A DNA stretch of 32,000 bases. Source: Candidatus Scalindua sp. SCAELEC01. Its GTDB lineage: Bacteria; Planctomycetota; Brocadiia; Brocadiales; Scalinduaceae. Position numbers and translations under genes: made by a program. Positions within the stretch are counted from its first letter, which is position 1; each line of letters begins with the position of its first letter. The notes beneath the pieces were generated by a model, which was given only the letters and a program-made list of their open reading frames with translations, had not been told where the DNA came from and did not search any database. The stretch lies in the NCBI GenBank assembly GCA_004282745.1, contig SHMT01000008.1:19909-51908 (forward strand), read 5' to 3'. Positions 17,894 through 26,682 of the stretch are shown piece after piece.

Positions 17894-19123
17894 ATGAATA
17901 AAAAAACGGTAATTACGGGTATTGGAGTTGTTTCTCCAATTGGTATCGGCCATCAAGATTTCTGGAAAAATCTCGTTTCGGGTAATTCCGGCATTACCCC
18001 TATGGAATCATTGGATCTTTCTAAATATGAATGCAAAAATGGGGCAGAGGTAAAGAATCTAGATCCAGCGGAGTTTCTCGGTCGTAAAGGACTCAGATAC
18101 CTACACAAGGGAACTAAATTTCTTGCCTCCAGTATAAAATTGGCGCTTGATGACGCAAACCTGAACATAGATGATGAGATATCAAGCCGGACGGGCATTC
18201 TCATAGGGACATCCCTTGGTAATTTTTCTCAAACCACCGATTATTTTCATGATATAGTTCGGGAGGAGCCTTCTGAACTCTCGCCAATGCAGAGCTATGA
18301 TGTTGCACTCAATTCGTCAATAAACTACGCCTCGGTCTTTTTCAAGATAAAGGGATTTGCCAGGACAATCTCTTCCGGTTTTACGTCGGGAATTGACGCT
18401 ATTGGTAATGCACATAGGCTGATTCAGAATGGAAAAGCAGACGTAATCATCGCTGGTGGTGTTGAACAGATATCGTTGGACCTCTACATGATCTTTCTCC
18501 TGAGAAAGATGTTGTCCGGTTCACATGGTGCAGACAGTGAGATCAGCATGCCATTTGATAAGAGACGGAATGGCTTCATAATGAGTGAAGGCAGTTACGT
18601 ATTCGTAATGGAGGAGCTTGATTTTGCCTTGAGTCGTGGCGCAAAGGTGTATGGTGAGGTATCCGGGTTTGGAACTATTTTTGCTGGAAACAAAAAATAC
18701 GATACGGGAAGAAGGGTCGAAAAGGCCCAGTCGGCAATGAAAGCGTGTATGGATGACGCAAACATTTCTCTTCAAGATCTTGACCTTATTCAGGCCAATG
18801 GAAATTCAGGCCGACTATCAGACCATATTGAGGCACAGGCTATTTTCGAGTTGTTTGAAAAAAGAGGGGACGAGATACCCGTATGTGCAGTTAAATCTAT
18901 TGTGGGTGAGTGCTATGGCGCCTCCGGGGCAATGCAAACCGCAGCAACGGCACTCGCAATTCAAAACAGTCTCATACCTCCGACAATCAACTGTGAAGAG
19001 AAGGACCCTGAGTGTAACGTAAACATAATTCATCAGAAACAAGCGTGTAAGATAAACACGGCACTTGTCAATTCGTTTGATTATACAGGCAATAACTCCT
19101 GTTTAATGGTCAAGAAATTATGA
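17894..19123 (+). CDS. Degenerate ketosynthase homologue (KS-beta / chain-length-factor-like)
   Basis: KS fold sequence (MNKKTVITGIGVVSPIGIGHQDFWKNLVSGNSG...), but ISSGFTSGIDAIG replaces the Cys nucleophile with Phe (codon 18380-18382), ANGNSGRLSD replaces AHGTGT, and KSIVGECYGAS replaces KSxxGHxxGA. The internal ATG at 17894 is preferred over 17843. Confidence 0.88.
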   Translation: MNKKTVITGIGVVSPIGIGHQDFWKNLVSGNSGITPMESLDLSKYECKNGAEVKNLDPAEFLGRKGLRYLHKGTKFLASSIKLALDDANLNIDDEISSRTGILIGTSLGNFSQTTDYFHDIVREEPSELSPMQSYDVALNSSINYASVFFKIKGFARTISSGFTSGIDAIGNAHRLIQNGKADVIIAGGVEQISLDLYMIFLLRKMLSGSHGADSEISMPFDKRRNGFIMSEGSYVFVMEELDFALSRGAKVYGEVSGFGTIFAGNKKYDTGRRVEKAQSAMKACMDDANISLQDLDLIQANGNSGRLSDHIEAQAIFELFEKRGDEIPVCAVKSIVGECYGASGAMQTAATALAIQNSLIPPTINCEEKDPECNVNIIHQKQACKINTALVNSFDYTGNNSCLMVKKL

Positions 19124-21165
19124 GTGAGCTATTTGAACCCATTAACCTAGGTAGCATTAAGGTAAAAAACAGACTTGCCATGTCTGCAATGGACCTCGGA
19201 TTTACCTCCGACGGTTCGGTAAATGAGCGTTTCATCGATTTCTATGTAGAGAGGGCCCGGGGAGGAGTAGGCTTAATCGTAATAGGAGGTTGCTATCCTG
19301 AGATGAATGGCAAGGTGTGGAAGAGTATCATTGGCCTGGACAAGGATGATTTTATACCGGGTTTAAAAAAGTTTGCAGATACAATGCACAAGTATGATGT
19401 TAAGGTTGCCGCTCAACTCCTTCATGGCGGCAGAAGCGCCTCCTCTTTCTTTACAAAAATGCGGCCTGTCTCAGCATCAAGTTTGGCACATGTCAACATC
19501 AAACAGGCACCTCACGCACTCACCATACCGGAGATCAAGAGAGTCATTAAGGGATTTGTTGATGCAACCATGCGATTAAAGAAGGCCGGCTTTGATGCGG
19601 TAGAGATCCACGGAGGCATGGGCTATTTGATCAATCAATTCCTTACCAGGGCTACGAATGAGCGAAGGGACCGATATGGAGGGAGCCTCAAAAACAGGAT
19701 AAATTTTGCCAGAGAAATTGTGATTGCAATCAAAGATAAAATTGGTAAGAACTTTCCCATCATATTCCGCTTGTCCGGAGACGATTTTGTTGATAACGGA
19801 CTCAAGATCGATGAGAGTATTGAGATTGCAAAGGAGCTGGAAAAGGCGGGTGTAGATGCATTCAATATATCTCCCGGTTGGCATGAGAGTCGGACCCCCA
19901 TAATGCTTATGTCCATCCCAAGAATGTCCTACATATTCTTAGCAGAAAAAATGAAGGACCAGCTCCAAGTACCCGTCATTGGATCGGTGAGAGTAAACGA
20001 TTTGGCATTAGCTGAAGAGATTCTGGATAATGGGCAGTCTGACATGGTATCGATAGGAAGGCCCCTCATCGTCGACCCGGAATTACCCAAAAAGTACAAG
20101 AAGAAACAGTTCGAAGATATTAGAAGATGTATTGCCTGCAACCAAGGCTGTTTCGATTCGTTGTTAAACTTTAAATCGGTAAGCTGCATCTACAATGTGA
20201 GGGCCGGAAGAGAGCGGGAGTTAAAGATCAGGAAGGCCAAGAAAATGAAGAGGGTAATGGTGATCGGTGGTGGTCCCGGAGGTCTCGAAGCGGCAAGGGT
20301 TGCCGCACTACGAGGGCACGAGGTCCATCTGTATGAGAAAAATAGTGTCCTTGGCGGACAACTAAGATATGCCTATCTACCTCCTGGAAGGGGAGAGATA
20401 GAAAACGTCATTACCTTTCTCGAGGCACAGATAAAAAAATTAAACGTAAAAATTCAACTACACAAGAAGGTCGATACGAAGGAAATTAAGAATTTAAAAC
20501 CCGATGCCGTAATTGCCGCTATTGGAGGTAGCCCCATCATACCTCCTATTCCGGGCATCAGAGAGAAGAATGTCGTTGTGGCCGAGGATATCTTTGATAA
20601 CCGGGTAAAGATCGGAAAAGATGTGGTCATTATCGGTGGCGGGACGATTGGGTGTGAAGTCGCCTTGCACATTGCAAAAATGGGAGCAATGAATCCTGAG
20701 GTGGCGTGCTATCTCCTGCGAAATGGGGTCATAAGCGGTGATGAGGCGGTAGCGTATACCTCACGAGGAAAAAGGAATATTACAATCTTAGAGATGAAGA
20801 ACAAGATTGGGGGCGCATTTGGCATCTCAACTCGCTGGGTCATCATAAAACAGGTGAAAGATGCGGGGGTTGAGTGTATGAACGGCTTGCATGTCAAAGA
20901 GATCAAGACGAGCAAAAATGGAAAGAGGTCATCCAAGGCAAAATCTCAAGATACAAAAATCTGCGTAACCTTTGAAAAAGAGGAGAAGGTAAATTCGATT
21001 TATGCCGATACCGTCGTCATAGCAGTTGGATATAAACCCAATCAAGACCTGCTCAGAAAGTTAGATGGAACAGTAGACGAATTTTATACAATAGGAGATT
21101 GTGTAACGGTCCGGACTGCCCTTGAAGCCATCCACGAGGGATTTGAAGCGGGTTTGAAAGTTTAA
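19120..21165 (+). CDS. NADH:flavin oxidoreductase / 2,4-dienoyl-CoA reductase (FadH)-like Fe-S flavoenzyme
   Basis: 681 aa; old-yellow-enzyme barrel (AAQLLHGGR...; GFDAVEIHGGMGYLINQFLTRATNERRDRYGGSLKNR), Fe-S motif CIACNQGCFDSLLNFKSVSC, C-terminal dinucleotide-binding domains (VMVIGGGPGGLEAARVAALRGHEVHLYEK; VVIIGGGTIGCEVA). ATGA overlap with the preceding gene. Confidence 0.93.
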   Translation: MSELFEPINLGSIKVKNRLAMSAMDLGFTSDGSVNERFIDFYVERARGGVGLIVIGGCYPEMNGKVWKSIIGLDKDDFIPGLKKFADTMHKYDVKVAAQLLHGGRSASSFFTKMRPVSASSLAHVNIKQAPHALTIPEIKRVIKGFVDATMRLKKAGFDAVEIHGGMGYLINQFLTRATNERRDRYGGSLKNRINFAREIVIAIKDKIGKNFPIIFRLSGDDFVDNGLKIDESIEIAKELEKAGVDAFNISPGWHESRTPIMLMSIPRMSYIFLAEKMKDQLQVPVIGSVRVNDLALAEEILDNGQSDMVSIGRPLIVDPELPKKYKKKQFEDIRRCIACNQGCFDSLLNFKSVSCIYNVRAGRERELKIRKAKKMKRVMVIGGGPGGLEAARVAALRGHEVHLYEKNSVLGGQLRYAYLPPGRGEIENVITFLEAQIKKLNVKIQLHKKVDTKEIKNLKPDAVIAAIGGSPIIPPIPGIREKNVVVAEDIFDNRVKIGKDVVIIGGGTIGCEVALHIAKMGAMNPEVACYLLRNGVISGDEAVAYTSRGKRNITILEMKNKIGGAFGISTRWVIIKQVKDAGVECMNGLHVKEIKTSKNGKRSSKAKSQDTKICVTFEKEEKVNSIYADTVVIAVGYKPNQDLLRKLDGTVDEFYTIGDCVTVRTALEAIHEGFEAGLKV

Positions 21166-21169
21166 AATT

Positions 21170-21970
21170 ATGAAAGACATACGAATGAACAGGGGTGATG
21201 ATTCCGGATCTCAGCACCTCGAATATGAAGAGGTAGAGCTAAAAAACAACAGATATGCCGGAGTCATTAAGATAAAGAAGCCACCCCGGAACTCTATTGG
21301 TTCCTGGTTGCTAGATGCACTCTATGACAGGATTGATTCATATGAAAAAGATGACACGATAGCGGCCATCATTATCACGAGTAGTATACGGGGGGTCTTT
21401 TGTGATGGTGCAGATAGAGATGAGCTGTTCGGTTCATGGATATCGGGTTTAGTGGCTGAAAAAAACTACGATAGATTTGTCAGGGCTCATGAGATGTTTA
21501 GGGAGATAGAGAATTGCCAAAAACCGCTCATTGCCGCACTGAATGGTGTTACCATAGGGGCAGGACTGGAACTCGCCCTCTTATGCGACATCCGCATAGC
21601 CTCAGAAATCGCGTTTTTCAGTCTCCCTGAGGCAAAACCTGAATTGAGCATAATACCGGGGCTTGGAGGGACTATCAGACTTCCGAAGATAATCGGTACC
21701 GCACGGGCCAAAGAGATGTTGTATTCGGGAAAGATGATTCGTGCGAAAACGGCACTGCAGTGGGGTTTGGTGAACAAACTTGCACCCGTTAGGGAGGTAC
21801 TTAAAGAGGCGCTCGATTACGCCAAGGTGCTGGCTGAGAACAACGGCAAGGCAATACAGACAATGAAAAAGTGTATAAACTTTGCAATGGAACACGATAC
21901 AAGCGAGGGTATCAAATATGAAGTTGGTCTCTTTGCGGAGATGATGCGAGAGAAACTGGTAAAGACGTAG
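21170..21970 (+). CDS. Enoyl-CoA hydratase/isomerase (crotonase) family protein
   Basis: 266 aa; PLIAALNGVTIGAGLELALLCDIRIASEIAFFSLPEAKPELSIIPGLGGTIRLPKIIG. Confidence 0.93.
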   Translation: MKDIRMNRGDDSGSQHLEYEEVELKNNRYAGVIKIKKPPRNSIGSWLLDALYDRIDSYEKDDTIAAIIITSSIRGVFCDGADRDELFGSWISGLVAEKNYDRFVRAHEMFREIENCQKPLIAALNGVTIGAGLELALLCDIRIASEIAFFSLPEAKPELSIIPGLGGTIRLPKIIGTARAKEMLYSGKMIRAKTALQWGLVNKLAPVREVLKEALDYAKVLAENNGKAIQTMKKCINFAMEHDTSEGIKYEVGLFAEMMREKLVKT

Positions 21971-22033
21971 CCGTACTGAGTTAAGTTTTTAAGTAATTTT
22001 TTTATCACTACATTTTCACCTGGAGGCAAAGAG

Positions 22034-22771
22034 ATGAAAGACAAAGTTGCAATAGTGACAGGCGGCACAAGAGGTATCGGTCGGGCAATAGTCCTTGAAT
22101 TAGCACGGAATGGGTGTAATGTTGCCTTTAATTACGCAAAGAGTGAGGAGCTGGCAAAAACCCTTGTAACAGAAGTTGAGTCACTCGGTGTCAAGGCCTT
22201 GGCAAAACAGGCAGACGTAGTAGATTTCGAGGCAGCAAAGAGTATGGTGGCTGAGGTTAAGGAAGAGTTCGGACAGATAGATTTTTTGATCAACAATGCC
22301 GGTGTGACCAGGGACAAGCTCCTCGCCTTAATGAAGGAGAGCGATTGGGATGAGGTGATCAACACCAACCTCAAAAGCGTCTATAACTTTTCCAAGGCCA
22401 TAATTATGACCATGGTCAAACAGAAGAGCGGGAACATCCTCAACATTACGTCAGTAAGTGGAATCGCCGGAGTAGCAGGACAGACGAACTATTCCGCTTC
22501 GAAGGCAGGCGTCATCGGCTTTACCAAGGCCCTGGCCAAAGAAGTTGGCAAGGCAAAAATAAATGTAAACGCGATTGCGTGTGGCTTCATTGAGACAGAC
22601 ATGACCGCCTCGCTCCCGGAAGAGTATAAGAGTAAGATGATAGATATGACATCTCTCAAACGGTTTGGAAACCCCGAGGAGATAGCCAAGATTGCGAAAT
22701 TCATGCTCTCAGAAGAGGCAAAATATATTACCGGACACGTTCTTACCGTTGATGGCGGTTTGGCGCTATAA
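22034..22771 (+). CDS. fabG: 3-oxoacyl-[ACP] reductase, SDR family
   Basis: TGGTRGIGRAIVLEL cofactor motif, NNAG, S-Y-K triad SVSGIAGVAGQTNYSASKAG, C-terminal ITGHVLTVDGGLAL. Confidence 0.95.
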   Translation: MKDKVAIVTGGTRGIGRAIVLELARNGCNVAFNYAKSEELAKTLVTEVESLGVKALAKQADVVDFEAAKSMVAEVKEEFGQIDFLINNAGVTRDKLLALMKESDWDEVINTNLKSVYNFSKAIIMTMVKQKSGNILNITSVSGIAGVAGQTNYSASKAGVIGFTKALAKEVGKAKINVNAIACGFIETDMTASLPEEYKSKMIDMTSLKRFGNPEEIAKIAKFMLSEEAKYITGHVLTVDGGLAL

Positions 22772-22874
22772 ATGAGCTCCTTTCAGTCGCGCATGTATTG
22801 CTTTTTGCTTCGCAAAAAGATAACTGATATTATGATAAAATATGTACCCTTATGTACAAAATATTGTTCTTAGT

Positions 22875-23085
22875 CAGTAGCGTTCGGTTAGGTTTTTGCG
22901 TGTTTAATTTATTGCCCTAAAACTGTCATTCCCGCCCGCCTGTACCTATTCGAGCAGGCATGTTTTTAGCGGGAATCTAGAATTAACAAGTCTCTAGATA
23001 CCCGATAAGCTTGTCCTCGTGAAAACGGGGAAGACTTCGGGTATGACAAAAGGCGCCTCCGCAAACACCTAACCGGACGCTGCTG
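22875..23085. repeat. MITE-like repeat, family 2, copy b, flanked by 9-bp direct repeats
   Basis: CAGTAGCGTTCGGTTAGGTTTTTGCG...CCGCAAACACCTAACCGGACGCTGCTG, flanked on both sides by GTTCTTAGT (22866-22874 and 23086-23094). Confidence 0.92.
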
Positions 23086-23142
23086 GTTCTTAGTAATTTT
23101 TTTCAAAAATTACCTTAACAACTGAAAGGAACTACGTTCAAA

Positions 23143-23454
23143 ATGCTATTCTTGTTAAAGGTCCAGATAAAGAAAGTACCCGATATTCCCTTAAAAGATT
23201 TCCTGGGATTTGTGGTCAAGGAGTGGGAATATTTTTTGAGGATGAAAAGAAGGGGCAAGATCCTTGCCGGAGGTAAGTTAGCCGGAGGCAGAGGAGCTGC
23301 CGCCATTATTGAGGCTGACTCACATGAAGAATTCGACCAGATCGTGGGAAACCTGCCACTCTTTCCTTTTTTTACTGACATAGAAGTAACACCGCTCATT
23401 TCCACTGAAAAAGCCTTGACTGACGTTAAACGGGTCCATTCGCTTATGAAGTAG
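23143..23454 (+). CDS. Small protein resembling muconolactone isomerase/YciI-like ferredoxin-fold proteins
   Basis: 103 aa; LAGGRGAAAIIEADSHEEFDQIVGNLPLFPFFTDIEVTPLIS. Confidence 0.6.
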   Translation: MLFLLKVQIKKVPDIPLKDFLGFVVKEWEYFLRMKRRGKILAGGKLAGGRGAAAIIEADSHEEFDQIVGNLPLFPFFTDIEVTPLISTEKALTDVKRVHSLMK

Positions 23455-23798
23455 AATCAATCGTAAACATAACGATTTAATAAGAACTTTGAGAAACGAA
23501 AATATATATTATTAGTGACGCATGTGTCCTTTGTTGGTATACTGAGGACTAGTTATTAACGTGGCCTTAACTTTTCTTAGGGATTTTTCTCAAGAAAAAC
23601 TTTAATAGCCACGCAAACTGTACATAAGAAGCTTCACACTCAGGCCCTGAGGGGAATCGGGAGGAATATCCGTGACTCACACCCGGTGTGTTGCACAAAA
23701 AATAATTAGCCGAATGTCGGCTTTCGCTATCTAAAGAATCAGTGTGCTTGGTTTTTGATAGTATAATCTCAGTCAACGCACAAAAAAGAGGAAGATAC

Positions 23799-24071
23799 AT
23801 GAATATTTATGTGGGAAATCTGCCATACAGTGTAACTGAAGCCGATCTGAGGGAGGCTTTTTCTGGGTTTGGTGAAATATCGAACGCATCTCTTATCAGC
23901 GATAAGTTTTCAGGCAAATCAAAAGGATTTGGATTTATTGAGATGCCAAACGACGAAGAGGCGAATGCCGCGATTCAGGCCCTCAATGAAAGTGACTTGC
24001 AAGGAAGGAATATCAAGGTAAATCAGGCGAAACCAAAAGGTGACCCCTCTGAACGCAGGCCAAGATATTAA
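23799..24071 (+). CDS. RRM-domain RNA-binding protein
   Basis: MNIYVGNLPYSVTEADLREAFSGFGEISNASLISDKFSGKSKGFGFIEMPNDEEANAAIQALNESDLQGRNIKVNQAKP: RNP1 (KGFGFIEM) and RNP2 (IYVGNLPY). The start at 23799 is preceded by a GAGGAAG ribosome-binding site. Confidence 0.96.
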   Translation: MNIYVGNLPYSVTEADLREAFSGFGEISNASLISDKFSGKSKGFGFIEMPNDEEANAAIQALNESDLQGRNIKVNQAKPKGDPSERRPRY

Positions 24072-24102
24072 CCGGTAACAATGTCATCTACTGGAAATCA
24101 AA

Positions 24103-24298
24103 TATACTAAAACCGATCTGGTTTTCGGTTTTACCTGTCCGAACGGTTGACAGGCCGGGCTGGCCGAAAACCAAATTTTGGTTGCCTGCCCGGCATGTTG
24201 TTCAGGCGGGCCCTTTTCCCCGGACAAAAGGTGCCGGGGACTTTCCTCGTTGAATTGTATCTCGGATTTTATCCGAAAACCACTATGAGATGAGTATA
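24103..24298. repeat. MITE-like repeat, family 3, copy c
   Basis: TATACTAAAACCGATCTGGTTTTCGG...TCTCGGATTTTATCCGAAAACCACTATGAGATGAGTATA. Confidence 0.78.
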
Positions 24299-24392
24299 TT
24301 ATTTCCTCCCATTATTCATTATGCTTCTTTCCTCCTATAATTGCTGACTGTTCATCAGGTAAGTACAAATAATTATTAAGGTGATTTAAATT

Positions 24393-25721
24393 ATGAAAAC
24401 CTTTGCAAATCTTGGTTTGACTGAAAATTTACTGCGTGCCGTTAAAGACAAAGGCTACGAGATGCCTTCTCCCATACAGGTCCGCGCCATCCCTGCCATA
24501 TTGACCGGTAAAGATATACTTGCCGCAGCGCAAACGGGTACGGGTAAAACAGCAGGTTTCACCCTACCGATGGTACAGATCCTCGATCAGACAGTATCTG
24601 ATGGGGGACGTCCGATCAGGGCACTCGTTTTGACTCCAACCCGGGAGCTAGCAGCACAGGTCCAAGAGAGCATCAAGGCCTATGGTAAATACCTAACCCT
24701 TAAAAGCATGGTTGTTTTTGGAGGTGTGAATATCAAACCACAGATTGATCAATTAAAAAAAGGGGTGGATATTCTGGTTGCTACACCTGGTCGATTACTA
24801 GATCTCTGCAGCCAGAAGGCATGCAGATTGAACCAGGTCAACATGCTGGTCCTTGATGAAGCAGACCGTATGCTAGACATGGGTTTCATTCATGACATCC
24901 GCAGAGTTATCAAACTGTTGCCACCAAAACGGCAAACACTCCTCTTTTCAGCCACCTTTTCAACAGAGATTCGTGCCATGACACGCGAGTTTCTTGTCAA
25001 ACCCACCACCATTGAAGTAACACCAGAATACAAGGCTGCACAGACTGTCTCCCAGTGTGCATATCGATGTGACGCCAAGGCAAAGACCAGCCTTGTTACC
25101 CATCTGATCAACGAAGGAAACTGGGCCCAGGTACTGATTTTCACGCGTACCAAACATGGTGCCAATCGCCTGAGCGTTAAACTTGCACAGGCAGGCATTA
25201 AGACCAATGCCATACATGGCAACAAGACACAGCCCTCTCGCATCAAGGCCCTGGACGATTTAAAAAAACGTAAGATTCGTGTCCTTGTAGCCACTGATAT
25301 TGCCGCACGCGGTCTGGATATTATCCAGTTGCCGCATGTTGTCAATTATGATCTGCCCAATGTACCGGAGGATTATGTCCACCGCATTGGTAGGACAGGA
25401 AGAGCTGGTATGGAAGGCGAAGCTATTTCCCTGGTCTGCAATGAAGAGCGGGCTTTTCTACGCGGTATCGAAAAACTGACTGGTCAATCGATTAAGCTAT
25501 TGGATGTGTCAGGTTTCGAGCCAACCATCTGGCCGAGAAGAGCCCCAACTGCCAGTGAAGTGCAAAAAACTGCCGCAATACGCAAAGAAACCGCACGTCA
25601 GGCACGTGGCCCTCGCAGACAAACTGCAACCAGAACTTCAACCAGAGAGAGCACTGCTACGGGTAAAAAACCCAGCAGAAGCGGTAATCAAAAACGGAAA
25701 TTTCCTGGTGGAAAAGGCTAG
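24393..25721 (+). CDS. rhlE: DEAD-box RNA helicase, RhlE-like
   Basis: Q motif [76 protein letters not shown]; basic C-terminal tail. Confidence 0.95.
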   Translation: MKTFANLGLTENLLRAVKDKGYEMPSPIQVRAIPAILTGKDILAAAQTGTGKTAGFTLPMVQILDQTVSDGGRPIRALVLTPTRELAAQVQESIKAYGKYLTLKSMVVFGGVNIKPQIDQLKKGVDILVATPGRLLDLCSQKACRLNQVNMLVLDEADRMLDMGFIHDIRRVIKLLPPKRQTLLFSATFSTEIRAMTREFLVKPTTIEVTPEYKAAQTVSQCAYRCDAKAKTSLVTHLINEGNWAQVLIFTRTKHGANRLSVKLAQAGIKTNAIHGNKTQPSRIKALDDLKKRKIRVLVATDIAARGLDIIQLPHVVNYDLPNVPEDYVHRIGRTGRAGMEGEAISLVCNEERAFLRGIEKLTGQSIKLLDVSGFEPTIWPRRAPTASEVQKTAAIRKETARQARGPRRQTATRTSTRESTATGKKPSRSGNQKRKFPGGKG

Positions 25722-25746
25722 TTGTATCCCCTAAAGAGATGGCCTG

Positions 25747-26187
25747 TTACCTTCCCCTTCCACCCCTGCCACCACTGTACCCTCCCTTGCCACCACCATA
25801 TCCGCCTTTTTTGCTACCACTGTATCCTCCCTTGCCACCACCATATCCGCCCTTTCTGCTACCGCCATATCCACCCTTACCTCCACCCTGTCCGCCACCG
25901 AAACCTCCGCCGTACCCACCACCTGAACCTCCTCCAAAGTTTCCGGTACGAGGACGTGCTTCATTCACGTTAAGCGTTCTTCCCTTTAACTCTTTACCGT
26001 TCAACCCATCAATTGCCGCTTGTCCTTCAGCTTTAGATGGCATTTCAACGAATGCAAATCCTTTTGGCTGACCACTAAACTTATCTTTAATGATATTAAT
26101 TGATTCAATCTTACCGAATGGTTCACAAGCAAGCCGTAAATCTTCTTCGGTGGTGTCGTATGACATATTTCCAACATAAATATTCAT
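25747..26187 (-). CDS. RRM-domain RNA-binding protein with Gly/Tyr/Lys-rich C-terminus
   Basis: MNIYVGNMSYDTTEEDLRLACEPFGKIESINIIKDKFSGQPKGFAFVEMPSKAEGQAAIDGLNGKELKGRTLNVNEARP followed by repeated GGYGG/GGYSG/KGG modules. Confidence 0.95.
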   Translation of the reverse strand: MNIYVGNMSYDTTEEDLRLACEPFGKIESINIIKDKFSGQPKGFAFVEMPSKAEGQAAIDGLNGKELKGRTLNVNEARPRTGNFGGGSGGGYGGGFGGGQGGGKGGYGGSRKGGYGGGKGGYSGSKKGGYGGGKGGYSGGRGGRGR

Positions 26188-26251
26188 TCTCTTTTCCTTT
26201 CTCACAATAAAGTTTTACTTAAGATATCATTTTTACAATGGGCATATATCA

Positions 26252-26294
26252 AAGCCCCCGATACCCTTTCATTGATATTGGGGGCTTTTACGTA
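26252..26294. terminator. Probable intrinsic terminator
   Basis: AAAGCCCCCGATACC...ATATTGGGGGCTTTT: GC-rich stem followed by a T run. It lies between the csp gene and the second RRM gene (both minus strand) and could end csp transcription. Confidence 0.65.
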
Positions 26295-26398
26295 ATCATT
26301 ACAATAATATTTTGCAACTACCCTATATTAATTATTACTTACAACTCTCTTTCGATAGATTATGCAGTATAAATATATGAGGATATCTTAAAACATAT

Positions 26399-26599
26399 TT
26401 ATATTTTGACAACGTTCGAGGCTTTGCTGCCCTTTTGGCCCTCTTCGACTTCAAACTCTACCTGGTCCCCTTCTGAAAGGCTTTTAAAGCCATCAGACTG
26501 GATTGCGGTATGGTGAACAAAGACATCGTCTCCGTTTTCCTGAGAAATGAAGCCAAATCCCTTTGAGTCGCTAAACCACTTAACTGTTCCATTTTGCAT
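26399..26599 (-). CDS. Cold-shock domain protein (CspA family)
   Basis: [66 protein letters not shown]: canonical KGFGFI and DVFVHH motifs. The start is corrected from the longer ORF in the track. Confidence 0.97.
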   Translation of the reverse strand: MQNGTVKWFSDSKGFGFISQENGDDVFVHHTAIQSDGFKSLSEGDQVEFEVEEGQKGSKASNVVKI

Positions 26600-26647
26600 A
26601 CTGAAAATCACCCCCTTAAAATAGTAAAAAGGTATAAAAATAAAAAA

Positions 26648-26682
26648 AGGCTGCAAGATTGGAAACCTTGCAGCCTTTATAC
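26648..26682. promoter_or_regulatory. Stem-loop in the csp upstream region (possible terminator or 5' leader structure)
   Basis: AAAGGCTGCAAGattggaaaCCTTGCAGCCTTT inverted repeat, 5' of the csp start on the minus strand. Confidence 0.5.

Noticed and set aside
22801-22819. Hairpin CTTTTTGC-TTC-GCAAAAAG after fabG as an intrinsic terminator of the cluster.
   Set aside because: The stem is AT-rich and not followed by a T run, so termination cannot be supported from sequence alone.
25734-26071. Plus-strand Pro/Leu-rich ORFs (25722..25973, 25739..26071) and minus-strand 25731..25964 opposite or overlapping the second RRM gene.
   Set aside because: They are shadow translations of the Gly/Tyr-rich repeat tail of the RRM protein at 25747..26187.
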